From NCBI GenBank assembly GCA_002304935.1, contig DBPS01000040.1, positions 35,675 through 99,674 on the forward strand: 64,000 bases of DNA. Direction: 5' to 3'. A model generated the notes under the pieces. It was not told where the DNA came from, made no database searches, and worked only from the letters and a program-made list of their open reading frames with translations. The DNA comes from Candidatus Humimicrobium oleiphilum (GTDB taxonomy: Bacteria; Actinomycetota; Humimicrobiia; Humimicrobiales; Humimicrobiaceae). Within the stretch, counting starts at the first letter, position 1, and each line of letters opens with the position of its first letter. Shown in pieces: positions 10,283 to 19,858 of the stretch. A program made the position numbers and the translations under genes.

Positions 10283-10344
10283 TGTAAAATATTTATTAAG
10301 ATAAATATTAATTAATTTATTTATAATATCTGAAAGATTTTAAA

Positions 10345-10776
10345 ATGAAAAAAATCACTATAATAAATGGACCGAATCTTAATCTTACCGGCAAAAGGGA
10401 GCAGGATAGGTATGGAGATGTAGGATTTGAAGATTTTCTGAATAATGAGCTTGTTCCTTATGCAGCTGATAATAATTATAATATCGAATACTTTCAGTCA
10501 AACTACGAAGGCGCAATAATAGACAAGATACATGAATGTGCAGGCAAAACTGAATATATCATTATCAATCCCGGTGCGCTGACACATTACAGCTATGCCA
10601 TACATGATGCAATAAAAGCAGTCAATGTAAATACAATAGAAGTACATATCTCCAATATCTTCAACAGGGAAAAATGGAGAGAAAAATCTGTTATCTCTCC
10701 TGCTGCAAAAGCAGTTATCAGTGGATTCGGACTGCAAAGTTATAAGCTGGCATTACTATATATAACTGGCTTGTGA
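10345..10776 (+). CDS. aroQ: 3-dehydroquinate dehydratase, type II
   Basis: MKKITIINGPNLNLTGKREQDRYG is the type II DHQase N-terminus. 143 aa. Confidence 0.85.
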   Translation: MKKITIINGPNLNLTGKREQDRYGDVGFEDFLNNELVPYAADNNYNIEYFQSNYEGAIIDKIHECAGKTEYIIINPGALTHYSYAIHDAIKAVNVNTIEVHISNIFNREKWREKSVISPAAKAVISGFGLQSYKLALLYITGL

Positions 10777-10777
10777 A

Positions 10778-11482
10778 ATGTTAAACAGAATCAGACAAAA
10801 AGATGGTTTTACTCTGATTGAAGCACTTATTTCCATCATTCTTCTTTCAATATTCTCACTTATGCTCGTACAGGGGATCAGGATGGCGGTTATTGCTTTC
10901 AATATAAATAAAGTAAATACACGGGCAGTAACAATTGCAAATGAAGAACTAGAGAAAATAAGATCCATGTCTTTTAATGATATCGGCTTGTCCGAGGGCA
11001 ATCCCCAGGGTATTCTTGATGGACAAAAATATTCTGAAGATGGTTTCCTGATAGAGTATAACGTTATTTATAAAAACGGAGACAGCAGGATAAAGCAGAT
11101 AATGGTCTCCGTCTACAAAGAACTTATGAAGGACAAGCTTGAAGTTGTTACCGAAATCGCACCGCTGACCTTAAGTGAAGAGAGCTCTGAAACAAGCACC
11201 ACCATCTCCCAGGATTATCTGCCTCCCCGGAATCTGGCAATAATCTCAGATACAGGTTCAGATATAAATAGAAGGATCCTCATTGAGTGGGAAGATCCGT
11301 ATAATCCTGATTTTGCTATAAATTCTTATAATATTTATAGAAATTCCTCATTAATTTCAAATACGATTTTAAGGACATATGAAGACAGCCCGAATGACAA
11401 TGGCGATTTTTCGTACTTTGTAACAATTATTTATTCAGATGGAACAGAAAGCGCTGGAAGCAATGAGGTCACGACACAATAG
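10778..11482 (+). CDS. minor pilin / pseudopilin (PilV-like) with a C-terminal FN3-like domain
   Basis: Leader MLNRIRQKDG followed by FTLIEAL with Glu at +5. A fibronectin-III-like region (YNIYRN...YFVTIIYSDGTESAGSN) lies at the C-terminus. Confidence 0.7.
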   Translation: MLNRIRQKDGFTLIEALISIILLSIFSLMLVQGIRMAVIAFNINKVNTRAVTIANEELEKIRSMSFNDIGLSEGNPQGILDGQKYSEDGFLIEYNVIYKNGDSRIKQIMVSVYKELMKDKLEVVTEIAPLTLSEESSETSTTISQDYLPPRNLAIISDTGSDINRRILIEWEDPYNPDFAINSYNIYRNSSLISNTILRTYEDSPNDNGDFSYFVTIIYSDGTESAGSNEVTTQ

Positions 11483-12035
11483 ATTTTTTATAAAAATAAA
11501 ATTCAAAAACGGTTTTAGCCTTATCGAATTGTTAATTGTCACGTTTATTATAATGATTATCGCAGCAGTTGCATCAGTTTTATATCTGAATACTATAAGG
11601 TCCCAGGAAGATATATTAAGCAAGGCAAAGTCCCAGAAAGATGCAAGGACTGCATTATATCTGATGGAAAAAGAAATAAGAGAGTCTGTTTCCATGCTTA
11701 ATGCTGAAAATAATGATATAAGATTTCTCTCAAATATAGACCAGGATGATGAATTTGAAGAAATATCTTATTATACAGAATTATCAGGAAGTAATTATAT
11801 TCTGGTCCGGGAAGAAGATGGTACAGATACCGGCATATTTTTAAATTACCTTATAAGCGATAATATATTTTCTTACTATAACAAGGCAGACTCTGATCCA
11901 ATCGATTTGCCACTTGATGAAATAAATTTAAATACTTTTAAAGTGCTGAAAATATCATTTGTGCTAAATGACGAACCGGAATATGCTAATAAGAATTTAT
12001 ATGTGTCATCTAGCGTATATCTCAGAAACAGGTAA
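11463..12035 (+). CDS. minor pilin / pseudopilin (PilW/GspG-like)
   Basis: KNG followed by FSLIELLIVTFIIMII is the prepilin motif. The likely start is the internal ATG (MRSRHNRFFIKIKFKNG leader), which overlaps the end of the upstream gene. Confidence 0.65.
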   Translation: MRSRHNRFFIKIKFKNGFSLIELLIVTFIIMIIAAVASVLYLNTIRSQEDILSKAKSQKDARTALYLMEKEIRESVSMLNAENNDIRFLSNIDQDDEFEEISYYTELSGSNYILVREEDGTDTGIFLNYLISDNIFSYYNKADSDPIDLPLDEINLNTFKVLKISFVLNDEPEYANKNLYVSSSVYLRNR

Positions 12036-12044
12036 AAATAATCA

Positions 12045-13406
12045 ATGAATATTTTTTTAAAAAATAAATTTATTAAAAAAAGTGGAAATATTGCAATTCT
12101 TATATTAATAATCGGCATCGTGATACTTCTTTCAGTAAGCGTACTTGCGTCTTTTATGATTAAAGACATTAATTTTATCAGGCAGGATGAAAAGAAATTA
12201 AAAGCTTTGAATTTTGCTGAAGCAGGAATATCCAATTTCTTCCTGGAAATAATTAAATATAACCAGGGAGAAACGGAAGAGCTGCCTGGCAGTCCTTTTA
12301 CTGGCGAAATCATCAGCAATGATAATGTGGTCGGTACTTATGAAATTAATTACTTATTCAATCCATCTGATGAGAATTCATATAATATGTCAAGTTATGA
12401 CATTACTTCAAAAGGCATTGATCTGACCGGTACTGAAAGACTGGTAAAAGTAAATATTTCTCTTGGAGATATATTTGATTTTATTTTTTCCTATAACTCT
12501 CCGAATACCGGAGATATCATTCCGTCACAAAGCGGGGTATATGGTCCATTTTTTACAAAAGGCATCCTGGACCTCAGAGGGGCTGCTGGTTTTTATGGAG
12601 GTCCCCTGATAATAGGTGGTGATATGATAATCGGCGGCAGTTCCCAAATGGGAACTTCAATAGAGCCGGTAGATCTTTTCTTGGGCGGAGATGCAAAAGA
12701 CCAGTCAGGCAATATCATTAATCTGACGGATAATTTTCAGGCAGAAGAGATTTATATAAAGGATTTCAACAAGGAAGCAATCGATATTGATAATATTATT
12801 ATTGATGAAAATTATTTTAGCAGAATACTTTCAGCAGGAGCCGCAACTGTTGAAGGAAATTTAACTATAACTACAACATCAATAAATCCCGTTCCTGTCA
12901 ATCAGGATGCAAATAATTATATAAGGATCGAGAATGGCCGGCTGAAGATTTCAGGAAATATACTGGTAAATGGAGATATTATATTTGGCAGTCAAAATAC
13001 CAAGCAGAATATTATTTATGAAGGGAAAGGAAATCTTATTTCAAAAAATAATATTATTGATTATGCAAGAATAATACCTGCTAACATTTCCCCGGGTTTT
13101 TTCCCGGAAAATAACCTGGTTGTTCTTATAGCTTTTAAAGATATCAGTTTTTTAACGAGTACTTTTTCTGGAACCAGTTATGAAAATCCAAATGCTGCAT
13201 GTGCAGCAATAGCGGGAAATATGATAATCACTGAAAATAATGAATATATAAGAGGCCTTACGGTAGGAAATGAAATAATGCTGAGCCGGAATGCAAAAAT
13301 ATATTATGAAAATAATATATCACAGTCTCTTCCTTCAAACGTTCCGCAGACAAATTTTATTATTTTTAATAAATACTGGCAGGAACTGCCATTATCGCAG
13401 CAGTAA
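12045..13406 (+). CDS. PilX-like type IV pilus minor component (PilX N-terminal domain)
   Basis: N-terminal TM helix followed by ALNFAEAGI, as in the PilX_N domain. 453 aa. Sits in the minor-pilin cluster. Confidence 0.5.
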   Translation: MNIFLKNKFIKKSGNIAILILIIGIVILLSVSVLASFMIKDINFIRQDEKKLKALNFAEAGISNFFLEIIKYNQGETEELPGSPFTGEIISNDNVVGTYEINYLFNPSDENSYNMSSYDITSKGIDLTGTERLVKVNISLGDIFDFIFSYNSPNTGDIIPSQSGVYGPFFTKGILDLRGAAGFYGGPLIIGGDMIIGGSSQMGTSIEPVDLFLGGDAKDQSGNIINLTDNFQAEEIYIKDFNKEAIDIDNIIIDENYFSRILSAGAATVEGNLTITTTSINPVPVNQDANNYIRIENGRLKISGNILVNGDIIFGSQNTKQNIIYEGKGNLISKNNIIDYARIIPANISPGFFPENNLVVLIAFKDISFLTSTFSGTSYENPNAACAAIAGNMIITENNEYIRGLTVGNEIMLSRNAKIYYENNISQSLPSNVPQTNFIIFNKYWQELPLSQQ

Positions 13407-13506
13407 GATTTTTTAAAACTTTACTTAATTTTTTAAAATTAATCATGTATTATATTTTTTTTAATTTATCTTTATTATTAATAGTGAAAAAATTACTTAA
13501 ATCAGT

Positions 13507-14628
13507 ATGAAAAACAAAGAAACTCTTTTAAAAAGAATTGAGTATCTCAGAAAATCAATCCCGGATAATAAAAAAAATCTATTGATTTTTAATGAAAAAA
13601 ATATTTATTACTTATCTGGTTTTTATGGTAAAGATTCATCTTCTAGCCTGCTTTTGACAGAAAATAAAATTTATCTTTTTGTGAATTTTATTTATTATGA
13701 AGCAGCTGCAGAATCTGTCGATCCGGCAGAAACAGAATTGATACTCAGTGATAAAAAGAATAAAGCTCTGTATGAGATAATAAAGAAAGAAGGATTGAAA
13801 GAAATCACACTGGAATCAGGCTCAATTACTTATTCAGATTTTTTGAATATTGAAAAAGAATTATCAGAGTTAAATATTACCATAAAAACAATTGATTTTC
13901 CTTTAAAAGAGTTGCGACAGATAAAGGATGAAACAGAGATAGAGATAATCAAGACAAACTGCAAACTGACAGAAACGTGTGTTGATTTTGTAAAAAACAG
14001 AAATTCTGATGAATTAAAGCAGATGACAGAAGCAGAGTTTGCGTTTGAAATGGAAGGATTTCTGATAAAAAAAGGCGCATCCTCAAGATCTTTTGATTTC
14101 ATTATTGCAAATAATAAGAATTCATCCAAACCTCATCATGTTTCAGAAAATTCAAAAATAAACAGTGGAATAATTTTAATGGATTTCGGGATGATACTAC
14201 AGAATTACTGTTCGGACATAACCAGGACTTTTTTAATAGATGATATTAATGAAAATATAAACAAAAAGAAATTCAAAGATATTTACCAGATTGTAAAAGA
14301 AGCACAGCTTACTGCTCTGTCTGCCTGTAAAGAAGGAATAACTGCAGCTGAGCTTGACAAAGTTGCGAGAGATTATATTGCCGGGTATGATTATGGAGAT
14401 AATTTCGGACATTCCCTGGGTCACGGAGTCGGATTAAGCGTGCATGAACCTCCGTTTATAAGCCCGGTCAATAACCAGATATTAAAAGAATCTATGATAA
14501 TTACCATTGAACCAGGGATTTATATACCAGGTTTCGGAGGTGTAAGGATTGAAGATATGGTAATTGTAGGGAAAAATAAATGTGAGAGACTTTATAATGA
14601 TTCAAAGGAACTTATAATTATAAGTTAA
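13507..14628 (+). CDS. pepP: Xaa-Pro aminopeptidase (M24 family)
   Basis: HSLGHGVGLSVHEPP plus GGVRIED are M24 metal-ligand motifs. Confidence 0.8.
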   Translation: MKNKETLLKRIEYLRKSIPDNKKNLLIFNEKNIYYLSGFYGKDSSSSLLLTENKIYLFVNFIYYEAAAESVDPAETELILSDKKNKALYEIIKKEGLKEITLESGSITYSDFLNIEKELSELNITIKTIDFPLKELRQIKDETEIEIIKTNCKLTETCVDFVKNRNSDELKQMTEAEFAFEMEGFLIKKGASSRSFDFIIANNKNSSKPHHVSENSKINSGIILMDFGMILQNYCSDITRTFLIDDINENINKKKFKDIYQIVKEAQLTALSACKEGITAAELDKVARDYIAGYDYGDNFGHSLGHGVGLSVHEPPFISPVNNQILKESMIITIEPGIYIPGFGGVRIEDMVIVGKNKCERLYNDSKELIIIS

Positions 14629-14720
14629 TCAATAATAGCGTAAGCAAATTTTTATTTGTGTATTAAATATTTTGTTTACCAGATTTAATATTGTTTGATA
14701 TAAGGGGAGTAAAATAAAAA

Positions 14721-15275
14721 ATGATAAGCAGTAATGATTTTAAAAACGGAATGGCTATTGAGTATGAAGGTGACTTATTGGAGATAATTTATTTTCAGCA
14801 TGTTAAACCTGGTAAAGGAGGTGCATTTGTAAGGACAAAATTAAAAAATCTTATAAATGGCACTATATTTGAAAAAACCTTCAGGGCTGGCGAGAAAGTA
14901 GAGCAGGCAATTCTTGAAACAAAAAAAATGCAGTTTCTTTACAAGGATGAGCATTATAATTTTATGGATAATGAGACTTTTGAGCAGCTTTCAATTGACG
15001 AAACCAGCATTGGAAATAAAAAGCAGTATCTTATCGAAAATCTTGAAATTACAATGATATTTTATAAAGGTAATCCTATTTCTATTGAACTACCGACTTT
15101 CATTGAAGCAGAGATTATCAGTACGGAACCTGGTGTAAAAGGAGATACAGTAAGCAATGCATTCAAACCTGCAGAGATAATAACCGGAGCAAAAGTAAAT
15201 GTCCCGCTTTTTATTGAAAACGGTGATAAAATCAGGATTGATACAAGAACCGGAGATTACATAACAAGAGTATAA
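14721..15275 (+). CDS. efp: elongation factor P
   Basis: KPGKGGAFVRTKLKNL is the EF-P loop. 184 aa. Confidence 0.9.
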   Translation: MISSNDFKNGMAIEYEGDLLEIIYFQHVKPGKGGAFVRTKLKNLINGTIFEKTFRAGEKVEQAILETKKMQFLYKDEHYNFMDNETFEQLSIDETSIGNKKQYLIENLEITMIFYKGNPISIELPTFIEAEIISTEPGVKGDTVSNAFKPAEIITGAKVNVPLFIENGDKIRIDTRTGDYITRV

Positions 15276-15276
15276 T

Positions 15277-15708
15277 ATGGTTACATCAAGAAGAAGAGCT
15301 AGAATAAAAGCGGTTATAGTATTATATCAAAGCGATCTTTTAAAAAAAAGTATCAATGAAATAATACATACTGAGATGATCTTTAAAAAAAACCTGGATG
15401 CATTTACTGTGAAGCTGACTCTGGGTGTGGAAAAAAACATGCAATTGATAGATGATATAATAAGAAAAGTGGTGGAAAACTGGACAATTGAAAGAATATC
15501 CATAATTGACAGAAACATAATAAGGTTGGCGATATATGAAATGTTTTTTGAAAAAGATATCCCTTTGAAAGTTTCAGTGGATGAAGCTATTGAAATTGCA
15601 AAGATGCTTGGTCAAAAAGAAGACACGCCTAAATTTGTAAATGGTATTCTAGGAAAAATACTTATCGATATTGATAAAATAAAAGAAGACATAATCCCGG
15701 ATATGTAA
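15277..15708 (+). CDS. nusB: transcription antitermination factor NusB
   Basis: RRRARIKAVIVLYQSDL N-terminus. 143 aa. Lies downstream of efp, as in Bacillus. Confidence 0.7.
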   Translation: MVTSRRRARIKAVIVLYQSDLLKKSINEIIHTEMIFKKNLDAFTVKLTLGVEKNMQLIDDIIRKVVENWTIERISIIDRNIIRLAIYEMFFEKDIPLKVSVDEAIEIAKMLGQKEDTPKFVNGILGKILIDIDKIKEDIIPDM

Positions 15709-15727
15709 AAATAATTAAGGAGGGATA

Positions 15728-17005
15728 ATGAATTCCAGGGAAAAATTTATTGAATTTATTAATTTTAATAAAAAATTTCCTACTGTCAAATGGGAATTCG
15801 GCTATTGGGGCTCTGCCATAAAAAGATGGTATAATGAGGGACTTCCTTTAAAAAATTACCCCAAGGTGCCTGTTAATATAATTAATACCACTTCCTCCCT
15901 GTATACTTCAGTCTGGAAACACTTTCTCATGAAAGATAAAACAATATATGAAGCGATATACAATGAACCAGAAAAAGAACTTGAAATCCCTGACGGTTTT
16001 GCTGTCCTTGGAGGGGGTATTTATTTCCCATCCCAGGGTTTTGCTCTTGATTATGATGTAAAAGATTATTTCGATATGGATTTGCAGCAAAATGTAGTAT
16101 GCGCAGAACATTTGTTTTATCCTCAGTTTAAACCTGAAATTGTAAACGAGGATGAGAAATATATAGACTACATTGATCTTGACGGATGTAAAAGGCGATT
16201 CTCAAAAGCACAGCAGGTAATACCTTCAGGCCTGGACTGGCCTATAAAAGACTGGGAAACCTGGAGCAGGCTTAAATCTGAAAGAATGAACATGGATAAT
16301 ATCAAAGACAGGCTGCCTTCCAACTGGAAGGAAATTGTAAAAAAATATAAAAACCGGGATTTCCCTCTTGCTCTGGGAGGTTACCCCTGTGGAATTTTTG
16401 GTACCCTGACTCATCTTATCGGATATGAAAATCTTTTTATGTTTTATTATGACAAACCAGATCTTATCAAAGATATACTTGAAAGATTAACAGATGTATG
16501 GATTGCCCTCTGGGAAGAAGTTTTATCCTTTACTGATGTGGACCTCTGTAATCTGTGGGAAGACATTTCTTCAGGCAAAGGTTCAATGCTTTCACCAGCT
16601 ATTATGAAAGAATTTGTGCTCCCTTATTATGAAAAAATTTCCGATTTCCTGAAAAGTAAGAAAATAAATACTTTTCTGGTTGACACAGACGGAGATTGCA
16701 ATGAATTGGTTCCGATGTTTATTGAATCAGGGGTCACAGGGATGTATCCGATGGAGGTAAGCGCAGGAATGGATGTCGTATCTCTGAGAAAAAAATACCC
16801 TGGCTTTCTCTTGATGGGGGGCATTCCCAAATTAGATATACAATACGGGATAAAAAAAATCGATGAAATACTTGAACCGGTAGAGTGGCTTTTAAGTCAG
16901 GGCGGGTTTATACCATTCGGCGATCATCTTATTCCGCCTGAAGTCGGCTGGAATGAATTCAAATATTACAGGGAAAGATTAAATGCTCTTATTGATGCTA
17001 TTTAA
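15728..17005 (+). CDS. uroporphyrinogen decarboxylase (URO-D) family protein; not HemE, more like the MtaA/CmuA methyltransferases
   Basis: The C-terminal half (SPAIMKEFVLPYY...VDTDGDCNELVPMFIESGVTGMYP...GDHLIPPEV) follows the URO-D family pattern. The N-terminus lacks the HemE PxWxMRQAGR motif. Confidence 0.5.
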   Translation: MNSREKFIEFINFNKKFPTVKWEFGYWGSAIKRWYNEGLPLKNYPKVPVNIINTTSSLYTSVWKHFLMKDKTIYEAIYNEPEKELEIPDGFAVLGGGIYFPSQGFALDYDVKDYFDMDLQQNVVCAEHLFYPQFKPEIVNEDEKYIDYIDLDGCKRRFSKAQQVIPSGLDWPIKDWETWSRLKSERMNMDNIKDRLPSNWKEIVKKYKNRDFPLALGGYPCGIFGTLTHLIGYENLFMFYYDKPDLIKDILERLTDVWIALWEEVLSFTDVDLCNLWEDISSGKGSMLSPAIMKEFVLPYYEKISDFLKSKKINTFLVDTDGDCNELVPMFIESGVTGMYPMEVSAGMDVVSLRKKYPGFLLMGGIPKLDIQYGIKKIDEILEPVEWLLSQGGFIPFGDHLIPPEVGWNEFKYYRERLNALIDAI

Positions 17006-17047
17006 ATAAAAAAATATGATTAAAAAAATTTTAACGGAAATTATTAT

Positions 17048-18019
17048 ATGAAAAGAATCAAGATTGTTATTTTTTTATTAATAATATTGCTGATTATTTT
17101 TAATGTTTCATGTTTTAACGCAAAAAATCAAATCCCTGGCACAAATTCTGGTAAAAATGATTCAGTTGCAGATATAAATGAAAATACAGATAAATCTAAA
17201 TCAGATACCCCTAAAGGAAATGACAGTAAAACAGGAAATAATATTCAGAATAATGATGCTAACAATAATGATTCAGTAAAAGAGCATACCAGTGAGAATA
17301 TTGTTTTTGAAAAACCAGTTCAAAATCCATTAAGGACTTTACCGAAATTAAACATACAAATAATAGAAGGACCTGTAATACTTGAGGATGCATCCCTGGC
17401 ATATTACCGCTTAAGTGCAAAAGTATCTGCTTATCCAGGAGCCAGTCTTTCATTTTCAAAAGATGATAGTTTTGGAGCATGGGGTCCTAATATTGTACAG
17501 ATAAATTTATTGCCAGAAGAGACTTATGATTTAAAAGTTGTGTCATCTAACGAAATTGGTACCACAAGTGCTGTTGTGAGGCTGGACTGGATGGAAGCAA
17601 AAATAAATTATACAGATATCGTAATTGTTAATGATGAGGATAATCCTGTTTTTTATCATATTGATGTATTACTGGATGAGCAGAAAACCAGGGTATATTA
17701 TAAAGATGAACTGATAAGGGAAATGATTTGCTCAACTGGTGCTCCGGATACTCCGACTCCAAAAGGTTCATTTAAAACAGGCGATAAGATTTTTTACTCA
17801 TGGCTCCCAAAATATGATGTGGGGGCATACTATTTCGTAAGATTTTTTAACTCATATCTTTTTCACAGTATTCCTTTTGATGATGAAGGAAATATGATTA
17901 AAGAAGAATTTGATAATCTTGGAAAAGCTTCCAGTCATGGGTGCATACGTCTTGGCATGGAAGATGCAAAATGGTTTTATGAAAACCTGCCTCCGGGAAT
18001 ATCTTTAGAAATCAGATAA
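17048..18019 (+). CDS. L,D-transpeptidase (YkuD domain) with a secretion signal and a low-complexity linker
   Basis: Catalytic motif SSHGCIRLGMEDAKWFY. N-terminal signal peptide. An N/D/S/K-rich linker is also present. Confidence 0.75.
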   Translation: MKRIKIVIFLLIILLIIFNVSCFNAKNQIPGTNSGKNDSVADINENTDKSKSDTPKGNDSKTGNNIQNNDANNNDSVKEHTSENIVFEKPVQNPLRTLPKLNIQIIEGPVILEDASLAYYRLSAKVSAYPGASLSFSKDDSFGAWGPNIVQINLLPEETYDLKVVSSNEIGTTSAVVRLDWMEAKINYTDIVIVNDEDNPVFYHIDVLLDEQKTRVYYKDELIREMICSTGAPDTPTPKGSFKTGDKIFYSWLPKYDVGAYYFVRFFNSYLFHSIPFDDEGNMIKEEFDNLGKASSHGCIRLGMEDAKWFYENLPPGISLEIR

Positions 18020-18071
18020 TTGTGCATATCCATTTATAATTAATAATTAAAAAAATATTTTTGTATTTATA

Positions 18072-18923
18072 TTGAAAGATTTTAAAAAAGAAAAAATCAC
18101 AGCATCCGATTTATTGATTGAAAAGAAAATAGCTAAAGACAGGCATGAAGCCGAGGCTTTAATAATCGGCAGGAAAGTTTTTTATAAAAATGAACCTGTT
18201 GAAAAAGCAGGGCAGCTTTTATCAATATCTTCAGAAATAGAAATAAAAAACAAAAAGGGTTTTGTTTCAAGAGGTGCTTTAAAGTTAAAAAAAGCTGTTG
18301 AGGAATTTGAAATCCCTTTAAATGGAAAGACAATAATTGATATTGGTTCATCAACTGGCGGATTCACAGATTATCTGCTCCAGAACGGAGCATCATATGC
18401 AATTGCTGTTGATGTAAATTACGGTCAGTTTGACTGGAAACTTAGAAATAATCCTAATATCTTTTTATTTGAAAGGACAAATATAAAAAATCTTTCAAAA
18501 AGAGATATTCCTAAAATTCCTGATCTGGCTGCAGTAGATCTCTCATTTATTTCTATTAAAAATGTCTTTAAAAACATATTTGATCTTTTATCAGATAATG
18601 GAGAGTGCCTGCTACTCGTTAAGCCCCAGTTTGAAGTCAGAAAAGAACTTGTTGGAGAAAAAGGAGTGGTTACCGATAAAAGAATTCATTTAAATGTCCT
18701 GAATGAACTGATCATTTTCCTAATAAAAAATTACAGTGTGGAATTAAAAGGGATGACTTTTTCTCCCATAAAAGGCGCAAAAGGAAATATTGAATTCTGG
18801 ATTTATATAAAAAAATACGTAAATGATAATTACAAAAAAAATAAAATCGATTATGATAGAATATTTGAGATGGTAGAAAAAATTATAAATAAAGCACATG
18901 ATAATTTATGCCAAAAACTATAA
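18072..18923 (+). CDS. tlyA: TlyA-family rRNA 2'-O-methyltransferase (hemolysin A-like)
   Basis: S4 domain plus VSRGALKLKKAVEEF...IDIGSSTGGFTD (FtsJ-like SAM motif). Confidence 0.85.
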   Translation: MKDFKKEKITASDLLIEKKIAKDRHEAEALIIGRKVFYKNEPVEKAGQLLSISSEIEIKNKKGFVSRGALKLKKAVEEFEIPLNGKTIIDIGSSTGGFTDYLLQNGASYAIAVDVNYGQFDWKLRNNPNIFLFERTNIKNLSKRDIPKIPDLAAVDLSFISIKNVFKNIFDLLSDNGECLLLVKPQFEVRKELVGEKGVVTDKRIHLNVLNELIIFLIKNYSVELKGMTFSPIKGAKGNIEFWIYIKKYVNDNYKKNKIDYDRIFEMVEKIINKAHDNLCQKL

Positions 18924-18932
18924 TATATAAAA

Positions 18933-19802
18933 ATGGATAATATAGGGATAATTTCAAATAACGATAATACAAAAGCACTTAATATATCCAAGGATATCTA
19001 TGATTATCTGATATCGAAAGGTATTAATGTCTGTCTGCTAAAAGATGATGCTCTTGCTGACAGGCATCTTCTCCCTTCAATTGAAAAAGATGAATTTGAA
19101 AAAAGAATAGATTGTCTTATTTCTGTTGGCGGGGATGGAACTTTTTTAAGAGCGGCGAGACATGTTTTTGAGACCGGAAAACCTGTAATGGGCGTAAATG
19201 TAGGAAATCTGGGCTTTCTTGCTGAGATAAATATTTCGGATATGTACGATTCGCTTGATAAAATAATCAATAATAATTTCGAAATTGAACAAAGAATGCT
19301 GATATCCGGCAGTCTTTTAAGAGACAGAAAAGTAGTTGATAATGAAAATTCCCCTTATCTTGCCTTAAATGATTTTGTCATTACCAAGGCATTGCTTGAA
19401 AAAATAATTCAGATAAAAATCATCATAAATGGCATACCTATATTAAATTATGGTGCTGACGGAGTGATAATATCTACTCCTACAGGTTCAACTGCATATT
19501 CCTTATCTGCAGGAGGCCCTGTAGTCGAGCCAAAAAACGAGTCAATCATAATTACCCCGATTTGCCCTCATACTTTATTCAGCAGAAGCCTGGTACTAAG
19601 TCCTGACAATCAGATTGAAATACAGATAAATTCCAAGGCAACTGAAGTCAGCCTGAATATAGACGGCAGAAAATACGATGTAAAAATTATGGATCAGGAT
19701 ATATTCAAAGTTGAAAAATGCAGACACAAACTGAATCTGATTACTTTTAACAAGAATATATTTTTTAAAATTTTTAAGGAAAAACTTGTAAAAAAAGATT
19801 AA
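18933..19802 (+). CDS. nadK: NAD kinase
   Basis: Contains the GGDGTFL and NVGNLGFL motifs. Confidence 0.85.
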   Translation: MDNIGIISNNDNTKALNISKDIYDYLISKGINVCLLKDDALADRHLLPSIEKDEFEKRIDCLISVGGDGTFLRAARHVFETGKPVMGVNVGNLGFLAEINISDMYDSLDKIINNNFEIEQRMLISGSLLRDRKVVDNENSPYLALNDFVITKALLEKIIQIKIIINGIPILNYGADGVIISTPTGSTAYSLSAGGPVVEPKNESIIITPICPHTLFSRSLVLSPDNQIEIQINSKATEVSLNIDGRKYDVKIMDQDIFKVEKCRHKLNLITFNKNIFFKIFKEKLVKKD

Positions 19803-19858
19803 AATCATAGATTTTATTGAATTTATTGTAATATTTTTGCTCAGACAGAATAAATCAC

